24,000 nucleotides of DNA from Oscillospiraceae bacterium (GTDB taxonomy: Bacteria > Bacillota > Clostridia > Oscillospirales > Ruminococcaceae). Positions 15,990 to 24,000 of this stretch are shown one piece after another. A program made the translations under genes and the position numbers. The notes below the pieces were generated by a model. It worked only from the letters and a program-made list of their open reading frames with translations. It did not search any database and was not told where the DNA came from. Where the stretch lies: contig JAFSEU010000004.1 in the NCBI GenBank assembly GCA_017435565.1, positions 10,323-34,322 on the forward strand. The letters run 5' to 3'. The first letter of the stretch is position 1. Each line of letters opens with the position of its first letter.

Positions 15990-16085
15990 TGAAATACATT
16001 CCTTTCAGATATGGCGCAAAAACGCAGAAAAATTGCATTGAAATATGCAACTAAAAACGTTCACATTTTACGAACAAATAAAAAA

Positions 16086-16112
16086 AGGCGCAGAAGTTAA
16101 ATTTCTGCGCCT
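16086..16112 (-). terminator. intrinsic terminator after the RHH gene (bidirectional shape)
   Basis: Perfect 10-bp stem AGGCGCAGAA/TTCTGCGCCT. On plus it is flanked by AAATAAAAAAA upstream, which gives the T-run on the minus strand, and by TCGTTATTTCTTTTT downstream. Confidence 0.8.
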
Positions 16113-16166
16113 TCGTTATTTCTTTTTGTGCCGATTGGTCTTGTGTAAGGGGGGGAACTGTGCCGG

Positions 16167-16568
16167 TTAATCTATCAGCTCTGAGAGTCTGAAGGCTCTG
16201 TTATTCATCTTGATAAAATCAACTGCTTTGCGGCGGAAGATTTCAACCTGCGCAGGTGATATCTCAAGCTGCTCGGCCAATATCTGCGATACAATCTCAA
16301 GCTCGATAGCAGTCGATGACAGCACCTGATTTGTCTTTGTGTTTATGCGCTGCTCGACAAGGGCAAGGCGGCTGTCGAGGAGCTTCACAATGTCCTCGTT
16401 GATAAAACTCGCCTTGTCGCTCATATAGCGGTAGTCACGGTAGAATTTTAAGGCTGATGTTACGATGGACGTAACACTCGCACCTTCATCCTTTGCAATT
16501 TTTGCAATGTCAATCATCAAATCCTCGTCAATTCTCAAGGTAGTTTTTACTGTGTTTTCTGTAGACAT
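16167..16568 (-). CDS. ribbon-helix-helix (CopG/MetJ-like) DNA-binding protein; possible relaxosome accessory factor or regulator
   Basis: 133 aa. The N-terminal TLRIDEDLMIDIAKIAKDEGASVTSIVTSALKFY fits a beta-alpha-alpha RHH fold, followed by a coiled-coil-like C-terminus. Strong GAAGGAGAGG RBS. Confidence 0.6.
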   Translation of the reverse strand: MSTENTVKTTLRIDEDLMIDIAKIAKDEGASVTSIVTSALKFYRDYRYMSDKASFINEDIVKLLDSRLALVEQRINTKTNQVLSSTAIELEIVSQILAEQLEISPAQVEIFRRKAVDFIKMNNRAFRLSELID

Positions 16569-16622
16569 AAAAATGACCTCTCCTTCTCAAAAAATTCGTT
16601 TTGTCAAGGTTTGCAGGATAAA

Positions 16623-16881
16623 GGAATATGGCAAAAGTGCCATATTCCGTCACAGCAGTCAGCAAAGCTGACTGCACTTTTTTCTTTTGTTCTCGGATAA
16701 AAACTGAATTTTACAGTTATAAAAATTTGTATGGCATTTTGTATGGCAAATTCTTTTTCAGAAAATGCGATTTGCCATACAAAAACGTGAAAAGCTCCGA
16801 TTTTGCTTTATTTGTGTGTATGGCTCGAATATGGCACAAAGTAAAACAAACGGCTAAAGTTAGCCATTTGTCTGTATGGCA
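16623..16881. repeat. intergenic array of TATGGCA iterons and inverted repeats (candidate oriT, iteron or operator region)
   Basis: There are six direct copies of TATGGC(A/T), at 16627, 16730, 16742, 16819, 16830 and 16875, and two inverted copies, at 16638 and 16773. A perfect 11-bp IR GGAATATGGCA-N4-TGCCATATTCC spans 16623-16648. A perfect 9-bp IR GCAGTCAGC-N3-GCTGACTGC spans 16655-16675 and is followed by a T-run. A perfect 13-bp IR TTGTATGGCAAAT-N18-ATTTGCCATACAA spans 16739-16782. Confidence 0.7.
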
Positions 16882-18696
16882 TTAATCAAACATACCTTTA
16901 GTGAGTCTGCCCTTGGTTTTGCCCTTGATTTTTGCACTTGAAAGGTAGTTTATCCGCCCGATTTTTACCGTTTTTGTGTCATCAAACGGTGGCAGATTTT
17001 TAACCGAATCGCTCAACATCGGCGCTTTGATTTTGCAAGGGAAGGAGCCCGCTTTTGTCACAATCCAGGTGCCGATTGGAATACGTGTCAGCTCGTCGGG
17101 CGACATTAAAGGCTTGCCAATCATCGACTTTGTAACGCTGCGCTTGCCGCTTGATTTGCTCTCTGAAGCGGAGAGTACCGTGCGGTTTCCAAGCAGCTTT
17201 GAAAGCGTGTTTGCAGTCGTTTCCGAGCTTGGCGAAACTCTTGAAAACATCATCATCTGGACTGCGTCCCTGATGATTTCCGATATCTCTCTGCCGTAGA
17301 TTTTTGATAGCTGAGAGAGCGACTGCAGGGATAATATGAAGCGTATTCCACGGGAACGTGCGGCGGTGATGAGAACGTCAACGTCCTTAATCGGCGGCGT
17401 GTTGCCGAACTCGTCCCATACGCACAAAACGTTCCTATCAAGCCTTGATGAAGCATTACTTTCTGCCTGTGCTATCAGTTCGTTCATTAAGCTTCGGATA
17501 AACAGCGACGCAAAGAAATGTCTTGTCGTGTTATCGTCGGGACAGATGATATATATTGCCGTCGGATTCTTGATGAAATCCTCGCTGTCAAATTCAATGC
17601 TGTGCGTGCATATCATCTGCTCAAGTTCAGCATCAATAAAATCTACAAGATGAGCAAGAGCGCTTGAGAATACGTTCATTGATGTTCTGCTGTCGGCACT
17701 TGTCGCAGGACCGACGTAGTTGATTATTCTGTCATCATCAATAAATTTTAAAAGACCTTCGAGCCTTGATTTCTGCACAGTTGCAGTCGAGCCTTCCTCA
17801 AGACCGTTAAGCTCAACAATGAGCCTGAAAACCGATATAATATGCCTCTCGTCACTTTCTCCGTAAATGCTCACCAGCAGAATCATTCCCGTGACCAACC
17901 CCTTTGAGGTATCGTCAAAAAAGCTCTCGGACGATGATTTGTGCGTGTTTATGTTTGATATAATCGAGTTTGCGAGAATTTTAGCGTGTTTTTCTGCCAA
18001 AGCGTAAGAAATAATGCGTTCCTCGTCCGTTTCGGCAGTCTTGTAGCGGTCGATTGCATTATTGACGTTTATCATCAGATTGTAGCAGTAGGATTTCAGC
18101 GGATTTCTGAAATCAAGATACGGCGTTTTGTAGCCTAAATTTCGCAAAGCTCCGCCCGTTGTTTTCAGGCATTCGCCCTTGTTATCAAGAACAATCATTG
18201 AAGCGCCGCCAAAATTAGCCGGCTGAGCATTTCGGTGACACTTGGCATTGTAGATAATATTTGCGTTGATAATACATTTTGTCTTGCCCGTTCCCGGAGG
18301 AGCAACAAGAATCACGCTGTCCTCGGTTGTATCGACTATCCAGATATGCTTTTGTTTTGCAAGCACAATTCCGCTTTTTTGCTCTCTGCCCGGTGCAACA
18401 TAGGTATAGACCTTGCGGCACTCTGCGTCGGTTGCAAACCTTGCGCTGCCGTGCTGATTGTCGCCGACCGTTCGTGATTTTGTCTCATTCAGCGTATCGG
18501 TATCCCACAGATACACGATAAATCCTACGCAGATTGACAAAAACAGCTTCATAGCAACATTTTGGGTAAGCGCAAAAAGAAAAAGGCGGATATCAAATCC
18601 GCCTTTAAAGCTGTTTGCACTTGTCAGAAATGTCATTGCTATGTAGGTTATCAGCGCCGATATTGCGGCAAGCACTGTTTTTTCACTATTTTTCAT
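16882..18696 (-). CDS. type IV secretion coupling protein (VirD4/TraG/TraD family)
   Basis: N-terminal TM helices. Walker A VAPPGTGKTK (nt 18277-18303). Walker B-like VLCVWDEFGNTPPI. Size is about 600 aa. The ATG at 18696 has a GAAAGGGTG RBS; the ORF-track start at 18708 is a GTG. Confidence 0.85.
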   Translation of the reverse strand: MKNSEKTVLAAISALITYIAMTFLTSANSFKGGFDIRLFLFALTQNVAMKLFLSICVGFIVYLWDTDTLNETKSRTVGDNQHGSARFATDAECRKVYTYVAPGREQKSGIVLAKQKHIWIVDTTEDSVILVAPPGTGKTKCIINANIIYNAKCHRNAQPANFGGASMIVLDNKGECLKTTGGALRNLGYKTPYLDFRNPLKSYCYNLMINVNNAIDRYKTAETDEERIISYALAEKHAKILANSIISNINTHKSSSESFFDDTSKGLVTGMILLVSIYGESDERHIISVFRLIVELNGLEEGSTATVQKSRLEGLLKFIDDDRIINYVGPATSADSRTSMNVFSSALAHLVDFIDAELEQMICTHSIEFDSEDFIKNPTAIYIICPDDNTTRHFFASLFIRSLMNELIAQAESNASSRLDRNVLCVWDEFGNTPPIKDVDVLITAARSRGIRFILSLQSLSQLSKIYGREISEIIRDAVQMMMFSRVSPSSETTANTLSKLLGNRTVLSASESKSSGKRSVTKSMIGKPLMSPDELTRIPIGTWIVTKAGSFPCKIKAPMLSDSVKNLPPFDDTKTVKIGRINYLSSAKIKGKTKGRLTKGMFD

Positions 18697-18741
18697 GGCT
18701 GAGTGCACCCTTTCTCATTTTAAATTTGGCACCACCGCCTT

Positions 18742-21700
18742 TCACACCATCAAAAAATTTGCCGCTTCAGGTATGCTGTCGATATTCTGTGCATTGTCCT
18801 GTACGTTTTGTTGCGTTTGCTGCTGCTTTTGTAATTCAAAAGATATACCCATTTCCTCGGCGGTATCATCAAACTGCTTTTCAACGAAAGAATATGCCTT
18901 GTGCACTCGCTCGAAGGACTCGCTTAAATTGTGGTCTTGCGGGATTTTTCGATAGCTTTGCGCCAAGTGGTGCTTGTTGGTTTCGCTCAGGTTATCCAAA
19001 CCAAACTTAGAGGCAAGCTGTGCAGACAGGCAGTCAGCCTCAAACTCGCAAACACTAACACTTTGAGTGGTGGTTTTATGCATAAGAGCGTGTGCAAGCT
19101 CGTGCGACATTGTGTGCGCCAGTTCTGTGTCATTCAGCTTGTCACTCAGCACGATTTTGTCCTCTTTAGGTGAATAATATCCGTGCAGGGATATGGAATT
19201 TACATCTTCAACCGAAACTGTTATGCCGTTGTTTTCTGCAATTTGCCGCAAAACCTTGTAGATATCATTGTGTTGTTTCGATTCAAAGCCTTTTTCAAAA
19301 AATTTCGGATATTCACTCGGAGGACAGTTCGTCTGCGAAATATCGAAAACATTGAATGCTTCAAATCGCTTTTTCACCCAGGTTTCGATTTCTCCATTGG
19401 CAATGGCGGCTTTTTCAAGGCTCGAAGCCTGAGATACCTTTTTGACGTTGCCGTTTTCGTCCTTAAAATACTCGCAAAATGCAGGCTGCAGCAATTGAAT
19501 CGCACCCTTTTTGATTACCTTATGCCCCATATCCGCCCATTGCTTATAGGTTTTCACAAAGGTCGCGTGTGGATTCTGAGCGTAGATTCTGAGCTGATTT
19601 TGTGCAGAATACTTCGTAAATTTTGCACGATACGCCATATATTCGGCAATCGTCGAAGGGTCGAGCTTGAAGCTTTCGCCGATATCGACAACGCTTCTGT
19701 CCACAATGTCTGATTTAATCGCACTTTGCTTGATATCGATTGCTTTTGCTTTGGTATTGAGCGCATTGTGCTTTTCAATAAAGCTTTGAACATCAACTGC
19801 GCTAAGCCTTGCCGATGATAGCTTGTAGTCACCGTCAGCGGAAATTTTAATCAGCTTGTCTGTCTTGACGCACAGCGGAGCTTCAAGTTTATTTTTTTCA
19901 TTACACGAAATCGAAACGTGAGTTTTTGCATCAAAATCACCCGATGAAACAGCAAAGCAGGAAAGTGAATCCTTTCCTGCTTCGATAACGACGTATTGGT
20001 TTGTGATAGAGTTTTCATTTTTGATTTGCAGGATATCTCCCGTAAAGTATTTTTGGGACATAGATTGTTCAGTCCTTTCAATTGTATTTTCGCTATTATA
20101 TTGTATTGCTATCGGATCTTGCAACTTCATATCGAAGTTTTCGGCAACATCTGTGTTTGATATAACATTATCGTTATCTTCGGATATTTCTTCTTCAATT
20201 TCCAACAGCTCACTAAGTTCTTTAAGTCTTGCACTTTTCTCTGCAAGTTCTTCAGATTGCGCAAATGGTTGATTTAACTGTTCCTTTGCTTCCTGGAGCT
20301 GAATGTGCAGAGAATCGAGTGATGCTATTGCGTCTGTATAGTGTTTTCCTATCATTCCTAAAGCATTGTTTATTCTGCGTATGTTTCCTTGTGCGTCAGA
20401 GCCGAGCGTTATCTGATAAGTTCTCTCTCGGTGCAGGTCAAGATAATGCTCATTTGCAAAAATATCATATGAAACATACATATCAAAGCCTTTATATGTT
20501 CCGACTGATAGTTTCGTACCGCCTTTGCACATACTACAGCAAGCTATCAATTCCTCCCCGCATTCTGCTTTATCGGTAAAGGTTTTGCCGTTAACAACCA
20601 TCTCAAAATCATCATTATCGGCAAAGGTGCGTATATGCTCTATGTCAGAGCGAAGTCCTTCTATTTTGATTTCTGCGCTGCGGATTCTTTCGGGCAAATG
20701 CTTCATCACTTGATTTTCAAGGTTGTACATTTCGTTTCTGTGGTTAGCTTCAAGTGTTTTAAGCTTTGCAACCGAAATTTCCAGTTCCATTTTTTCCTTG
20801 ATGAGAGGATTGCCTGCGCACAAGGCCTTTACTTCGGCATACGACAGCGTAGCTTCGTCTACATCCTCACACGAACGCACAGGCGATTTGCTTGACATTA
20901 TCTGCGATATAAAACGCTGCTTGTTTTCGATGGTTTGATACAGATATGCATCAAAGGTAGCTTCGGTAACATACCTGTATATCTCAACAACATCGTTTTC
21001 ATTGCCTTGACGGATAATACGTCCGTGACGCTGTTCCAAATCAGAAGGGCGCCACGGACAATCAACATCGTGAAGTGCGATAAGCTTGGTCTGAACATTG
21101 GTTCCTGCACCCATTTTGGCGGTTGACCCCATAAGTATTCTTACTTGTCCGCTGCGCACTTTGGAAAACAGATCCTTTTTCTTTGCTTCGCTATCTGCGT
21201 TATGGATATATTCAATTTCAGCTTTCGGTACACCTTTTGCAATCAGCTTGCTTCGGATATCATCATAAACATTAAAAGCTCCGTCGCTTTTCGGAGTGGA
21301 AAAGTCGCAGAAAATAAGTTGTGTAGATTTGTTCTCTGCGGAATTCTGCCATATATTGAATACATTATCAACGCACATATTGACTTTCGTTCCGCTTTCA
21401 TCGGGCAGCAGAGGATTTATCATTCGCTGGTCAAGACCGATTTTGCGTCCGTCGTTTGTAACCTTGAGCATATTATCTTCTTCGGGCGCAACAAGCTTGT
21501 CGTGTATGCGCTTTGCCCTTTCGGAAAGAGCCTTTACCATTTGCTTTTGATTTTCTGTGGGTTTTACGACGATATTATGATATTTTGCTTCAGGCACAGG
21601 AAGATTGAGCATATCAGATGTTTTTATATCAGCCGTTTCCCGAAATACATTCATTAGTTCGGGCAGATTTGAAAACTTTGCAAATCTTGTCTTTTGGCGA

Positions 21701-24000
21701 TATCCCGTACCTTCAGGCGCAAGCTCGCTTGATGTTACAGTTTCACCGAACATTGAAGCCCACGCATCGAAGTTCTGCCAATGCATTTCTTTAAGCCGTG
21801 CACTCTGCAGATAACGCTGCATGGTGTAAAGCTCAGTCATTGAATTTGATACAGGCGTGCCTGTTGCGAATATAACACCTTTTCCGCCTGTCAGCTCATC
21901 CATATACTGACACTTCAAGTACAAATCCGAAGATTTTTGTGCTTCTGTTTGCTGTACACCTGCAACATTATGCATTTTTGTATATATAAAAAGATTTTTG
22001 AATGAGTGTGCCTCATCAACGAAAAGTCTGTCAATGCCGAGTTCCTCAAAGGTTACAACATCATCACGCTGCGGACTTTCCAATAATTTCGTTAACCGTG
22101 CCTCAAGATTGCGCTTTGTCTTTTCAAGCTGCTTTACGCTGAAGGTATTTCCGTTCTTTCGTCCAAGTTCACTTATACCATCAGCGATTTCCGATATCTG
22201 CCTTCTTATCATTCGTTCCTGCCGTTCTCTCGACACCGGTATTTTTTCAAGCTGTGAATGACCGATTATAACTGCATCATAATCGCCGGTAGATATCTTT
22301 GCGCAAAGACGTCGGCGGTTCTTTGTACTAAAATCATCTTTGGTTGCAACGAGAATGTTTGCTGAAGGATATAACGTCAAAAACTCGCTGCCCATCTGCT
22401 CCGTCAAGTGATTGGGCACAACAAAGAGTGATTTTGTACATAATCCAAGTCTTTTGCTTTCCATAGCGGCTGCTACCATCTCAAAGGTCTTACCTGCACC
22501 GACCTCATGGGCGAGCAGAGTATTTCCGCCGTAGATTATTCTTGCAATTGCGTTAAGCTGATGTTCTCTCAGCTTTATTTCGGGATTTATACCGACAAAA
22601 TTCAAATGACTGCCGTCATACTCTCTCGGACGTGTGCTGTTGAACAGGATGTTATATTTGCTTACAAGAGAATCACGACGGTTAAAATCGTTATATACCC
22701 ATTCCTTGAAGGTCTGCTTTATTAAGTCCTGCTTTGCCTGCGCAAGCTCCGTTTCCTTTTTGTTTATTACAGAGATAGTTTTACCGCCTTCAACCGTAAC
22801 TCTGTCATAAACCTTCGTATCACGCAAATTCAGCGTATCTTCGATAATTTCATAAGCGTTCTTTCTCGATGTACCGTAAGTCGTATTGGCAATAACATTG
22901 TAGTTATCGGAATTCTTACCGTCAATATGCCATTCTGATGTGTATTCGGAATATTTGACACCGAGCTGATATGTTCTTGCGTATGATGACGGTTTGATTG
23001 TTTCTATGATAAAGTCTTTTACAACATCCGTGCCTATCCACGTTGCGCCTAAGCGTATATCTATGTCGCTTGCTTCAAGCGGCTTTGGCATTACTGCTGT
23101 CAATGCATTTACGTTCTGCTCATATAACGAAGATGTTTTCGCATACTCTTGTGCTATGTGCAGCTTTTCACGAATATTCCCGGAAAGGTATTCGTCTGCA
23201 GTAAGGTATTTATCAGCGCCGTTTGTATCATCGCCCATAGGATTCAGATAAATAACGCTTTTCAACTCAGCGAATATGGCTTCTTCACTCTTGCCGGTGA
23301 GCTGCTGCATATATTGCATATCAACTCTTGCTTTTTCGCTTAATGATATTGCCAATGCTTCACTTGCCGTATCGACGTGCGTTATTTCTACAATCGGCTT
23401 TATGGTGCGTTTGTAGAACATATCGGCTTTGCTTGCAAGCTCGCCGTTTTCGTCAAGATTTTCAAGCGAGGTAAGTAAATGGTATGAGCTGTCCTCTCCA
23501 AATGCTTTGGCGTTGTTGCGTGAATTTATCAAGCCGTATTTTTCCGTAAAGCTGTCATAAATCCTGTTCAGCTGTTCCTGAAGTCTGCTGATTTCATTAT
23601 CACCGTATTCATTAACTTGGTAATCTATCAGAGTTCTTACGCAGTCACGAATTTCAATCATACCCTTAATGCGCTCTGATACCGTTGCAGAAAACTCCTT
23701 ACGAATCATTACGCTGTTTTCACGGTAATAGATATCATCGTTAACAACGGTATAAGAGTAGTTACACACGTCAGCTTGTGCCGGTATTTTCTCTGCAATT
23801 TCTTCAACATTTTCAAGTTTTTCTGATTTTGTAATCTCACCCTGCAAATGACTTATTGCTGATTTAAGCTGTTCTTTCAGTGAAGCACGCTCTATAGCAA
23901 CACAAGCCGTTTCATCAGGATTGCCATACAGAGAATACTCTACTCCCTGCTTCATTTCGCCCAATATCATTTCCGGATGCAACTCGAAGTACTTATTGAC
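18742..24000 (-). CDS. giant multidomain protein: SNF2-family helicase fused to a C-terminal ArdC-like ssDNA-binding domain and HExxH metallopeptidase motif; N-terminus outside the window
   Basis: The frame is open to position 24000 (the ORF-track start is an internal TTG). SNF2 motif I AHEVGAGKTF (nt 22483-22512). DEAH box VDEAHSF (nt 22006-22017). Helicase-C motifs GSTAKMGAGTNVQ and QRHGRIIRQGN. The ArdC-N-like block is YSAQNQLRIYAQNPHATFVKTYKQWADMGHKVIKKGAIQLLQP. HELAH lies at nt 19090-19104. Confidence 0.85.
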   Translation of the reverse strand, partial: VNKYFELHPEMILGEMKQGVEYSLYGNPDETACVAIERASLKEQLKSAISHLQGEITKSEKLENVEEIAEKIPAQADVCNYSYTVVNDDIYYRENSVMIRKEFSATVSERIKGMIEIRDCVRTLIDYQVNEYGDNEISRLQEQLNRIYDSFTEKYGLINSRNNAKAFGEDSSYHLLTSLENLDENGELASKADMFYKRTIKPIVEITHVDTASEALAISLSEKARVDMQYMQQLTGKSEEAIFAELKSVIYLNPMGDDTNGADKYLTADEYLSGNIREKLHIAQEYAKTSSLYEQNVNALTAVMPKPLEASDIDIRLGATWIGTDVVKDFIIETIKPSSYARTYQLGVKYSEYTSEWHIDGKNSDNYNVIANTTYGTSRKNAYEIIEDTLNLRDTKVYDRVTVEGGKTISVINKKETELAQAKQDLIKQTFKEWVYNDFNRRDSLVSKYNILFNSTRPREYDGSHLNFVGINPEIKLREHQLNAIARIIYGGNTLLAHEVGAGKTFEMVAAAMESKRLGLCTKSLFVVPNHLTEQMGSEFLTLYPSANILVATKDDFSTKNRRRLCAKISTGDYDAVIIGHSQLEKIPVSRERQERMIRRQISEIADGISELGRKNGNTFSVKQLEKTKRNLEARLTKLLESPQRDDVVTFEELGIDRLFVDEAHSFKNLFIYTKMHNVAGVQQTEAQKSSDLYLKCQYMDELTGGKGVIFATGTPVSNSMTELYTMQRYLQSARLKEMHWQNFDAWASMFGETVTSSELAPEGTGYRQKTRFAKFSNLPELMNVFRETADIKTSDMLNLPVPEAKYHNIVVKPTENQKQMVKALSERAKRIHDKLVAPEEDNMLKVTNDGRKIGLDQRMINPLLPDESGTKVNMCVDNVFNIWQNSAENKSTQLIFCDFSTPKSDGAFNVYDDIRSKLIAKGVPKAEIEYIHNADSEAKKKDLFSKVRSGQVRILMGSTAKMGAGTNVQTKLIALHDVDCPWRPSDLEQRHGRIIRQGNENDVVEIYRYVTEATFDAYLYQTIENKQRFISQIMSSKSPVRSCEDVDEATLSYAEVKALCAGNPLIKEKMELEISVAKLKTLEANHRNEMYNLENQVMKHLPERIRSAEIKIEGLRSDIEHIRTFADNDDFEMVVNGKTFTDKAECGEELIACCSMCKGGTKLSVGTYKGFDMYVSYDIFANEHYLDLHRERTYQITLGSDAQGNIRRINNALGMIGKHYTDAIASLDSLHIQLQEAKEQLNQPFAQSEELAEKSARLKELSELLEIEEEISEDNDNVISNTDVAENFDMKLQDPIAIQYNSENTIERTEQSMSQKYFTGDILQIKNENSITNQYVVIEAGKDSLSCFAVSSGDFDAKTHVSISCNEKNKLEAPLCVKTDKLIKISADGDYKLSSARLSAVDVQSFIEKHNALNTKAKAIDIKQSAIKSDIVDRSVVDIGESFKLDPSTIAEYMAYRAKFTKYSAQNQLRIYAQNPHATFVKTYKQWADMGHKVIKKGAIQLLQPAFCEYFKDENGNVKKVSQASSLEKAAIANGEIETWVKKRFEAFNVFDISQTNCPPSEYPKFFEKGFESKQHNDIYKVLRQIAENNGITVSVEDVNSISLHGYYSPKEDKIVLSDKLNDTELAHTMSHELAHALMHKTTTQSVSVCEFEADCLSAQLASKFGLDNLSETNKHHLAQSYRKIPQDHNLSESFERVHKAYSFVEKQFDDTAEEMGISFELQKQQQTQQNVQDNAQNIDSIPEAANFLMV

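Larger units (their letters stand above)
5987..24000 (-). mobile_element. one end of a putative integrative conjugative/mobilizable element inserted next to tRNA-Lys; continues beyond the window
   Basis: There is an abrupt change from housekeeping genes to a co-directional minus-strand block: VirD4/TraG coupling protein, RepA_N initiator-like protein, SNF2/ArdC-like giant protein, TA module and defence cargo. tRNA 3' ends are classical integration sites. No integrase, relaxase or att repeat is visible in the window, so the boundary is inferred. Confidence 0.6.

Noticed and set aside
16623-16881. Possibility that the repeated TATGGCA motifs, or the GTGTCCAAATGGACAC palindromes at 6631-7380, form a CRISPR array.
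   Set aside because: The repeats are only 7-18 bp, irregularly spaced and in mixed orientation, and no cas genes are present. This does not fit CRISPR repeat-spacer architecture.
16628-16885. 85-aa plus-strand ORF in the T4CP-RHH intergenic region.
   Set aside because: It is composed of the TATGGCA repeat array and hairpins, has no RBS, and has an implausible sequence. The region is better explained as a cis-acting DNA site.
18615-21657. Many plus-strand ORFs of 60-176 aa (e.g. 18615-19010, 19183-19713, 20229-20579, 21145-21657) lie inside the giant minus-strand gene.
   Set aside because: They lie wholly antisense to a long ORF with clear SNF2 and ArdC motifs. Their sequences are low-complexity or Cys/Phe/Leu-rich and lack RBSs. 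They are shadow ORFs.

Overview
This window looks like chromosome from a spore-forming Firmicute (Clostridia-like). It has two parts.

(1) Positions 1-5.9 kb carry ordinary housekeeping genes: aroQ (cut by the window edge), a class I DAHP synthase, a small orphan gene, murD, an SGNH hydrolase, a lipoprotein and spmA/spmB. This part ends in a tRNA-Lys(UUU) with a consensus promoter.

(2) From just after the tRNA to the window end, every credible gene is on the minus strand. The content looks like one end of an integrative conjugative or mobilizable element. It includes:
- a giant SNF2 helicase fused to an ArdC-like/HExxH C-terminus (N-terminus outside the window)
- a VirD4/TraG coupling protein
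- an intergenic array of TATGGCA repeats and hairpins
- an RHH protein
- a RepA_N replication-initiator-like protein

The main finding is a strongly AT-rich four-gene cargo operon at 7560-14261 (minus strand). It encodes an 871-aa P-loop ATPase and a ~863-874-aa protein carrying the full adenosine-deaminase metal and catalytic motif set (HxH, HxGE, GH, TDD). These are followed by a multi-pass membrane protein and a 2TM SLATT-like protein. This matches the RADAR (RdrA/RdrB plus membrane accessory) antiphage architecture, here carrying two membrane accessories at once.

Between that operon and the tRNA lie two further elements. One is a RelE/ParE-RHH toxin-antitoxin pair bracketed by 93-bp direct repeats, each holding two copies of a GTGTCCA-N2-TGGACAC palindrome. 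The other is a ~640-nt ORF-poor stretch with orphan promoter and terminator units that may be small RNAs.

No CRISPR array, rRNA, transposase, integrase or relaxase is visible in the window.
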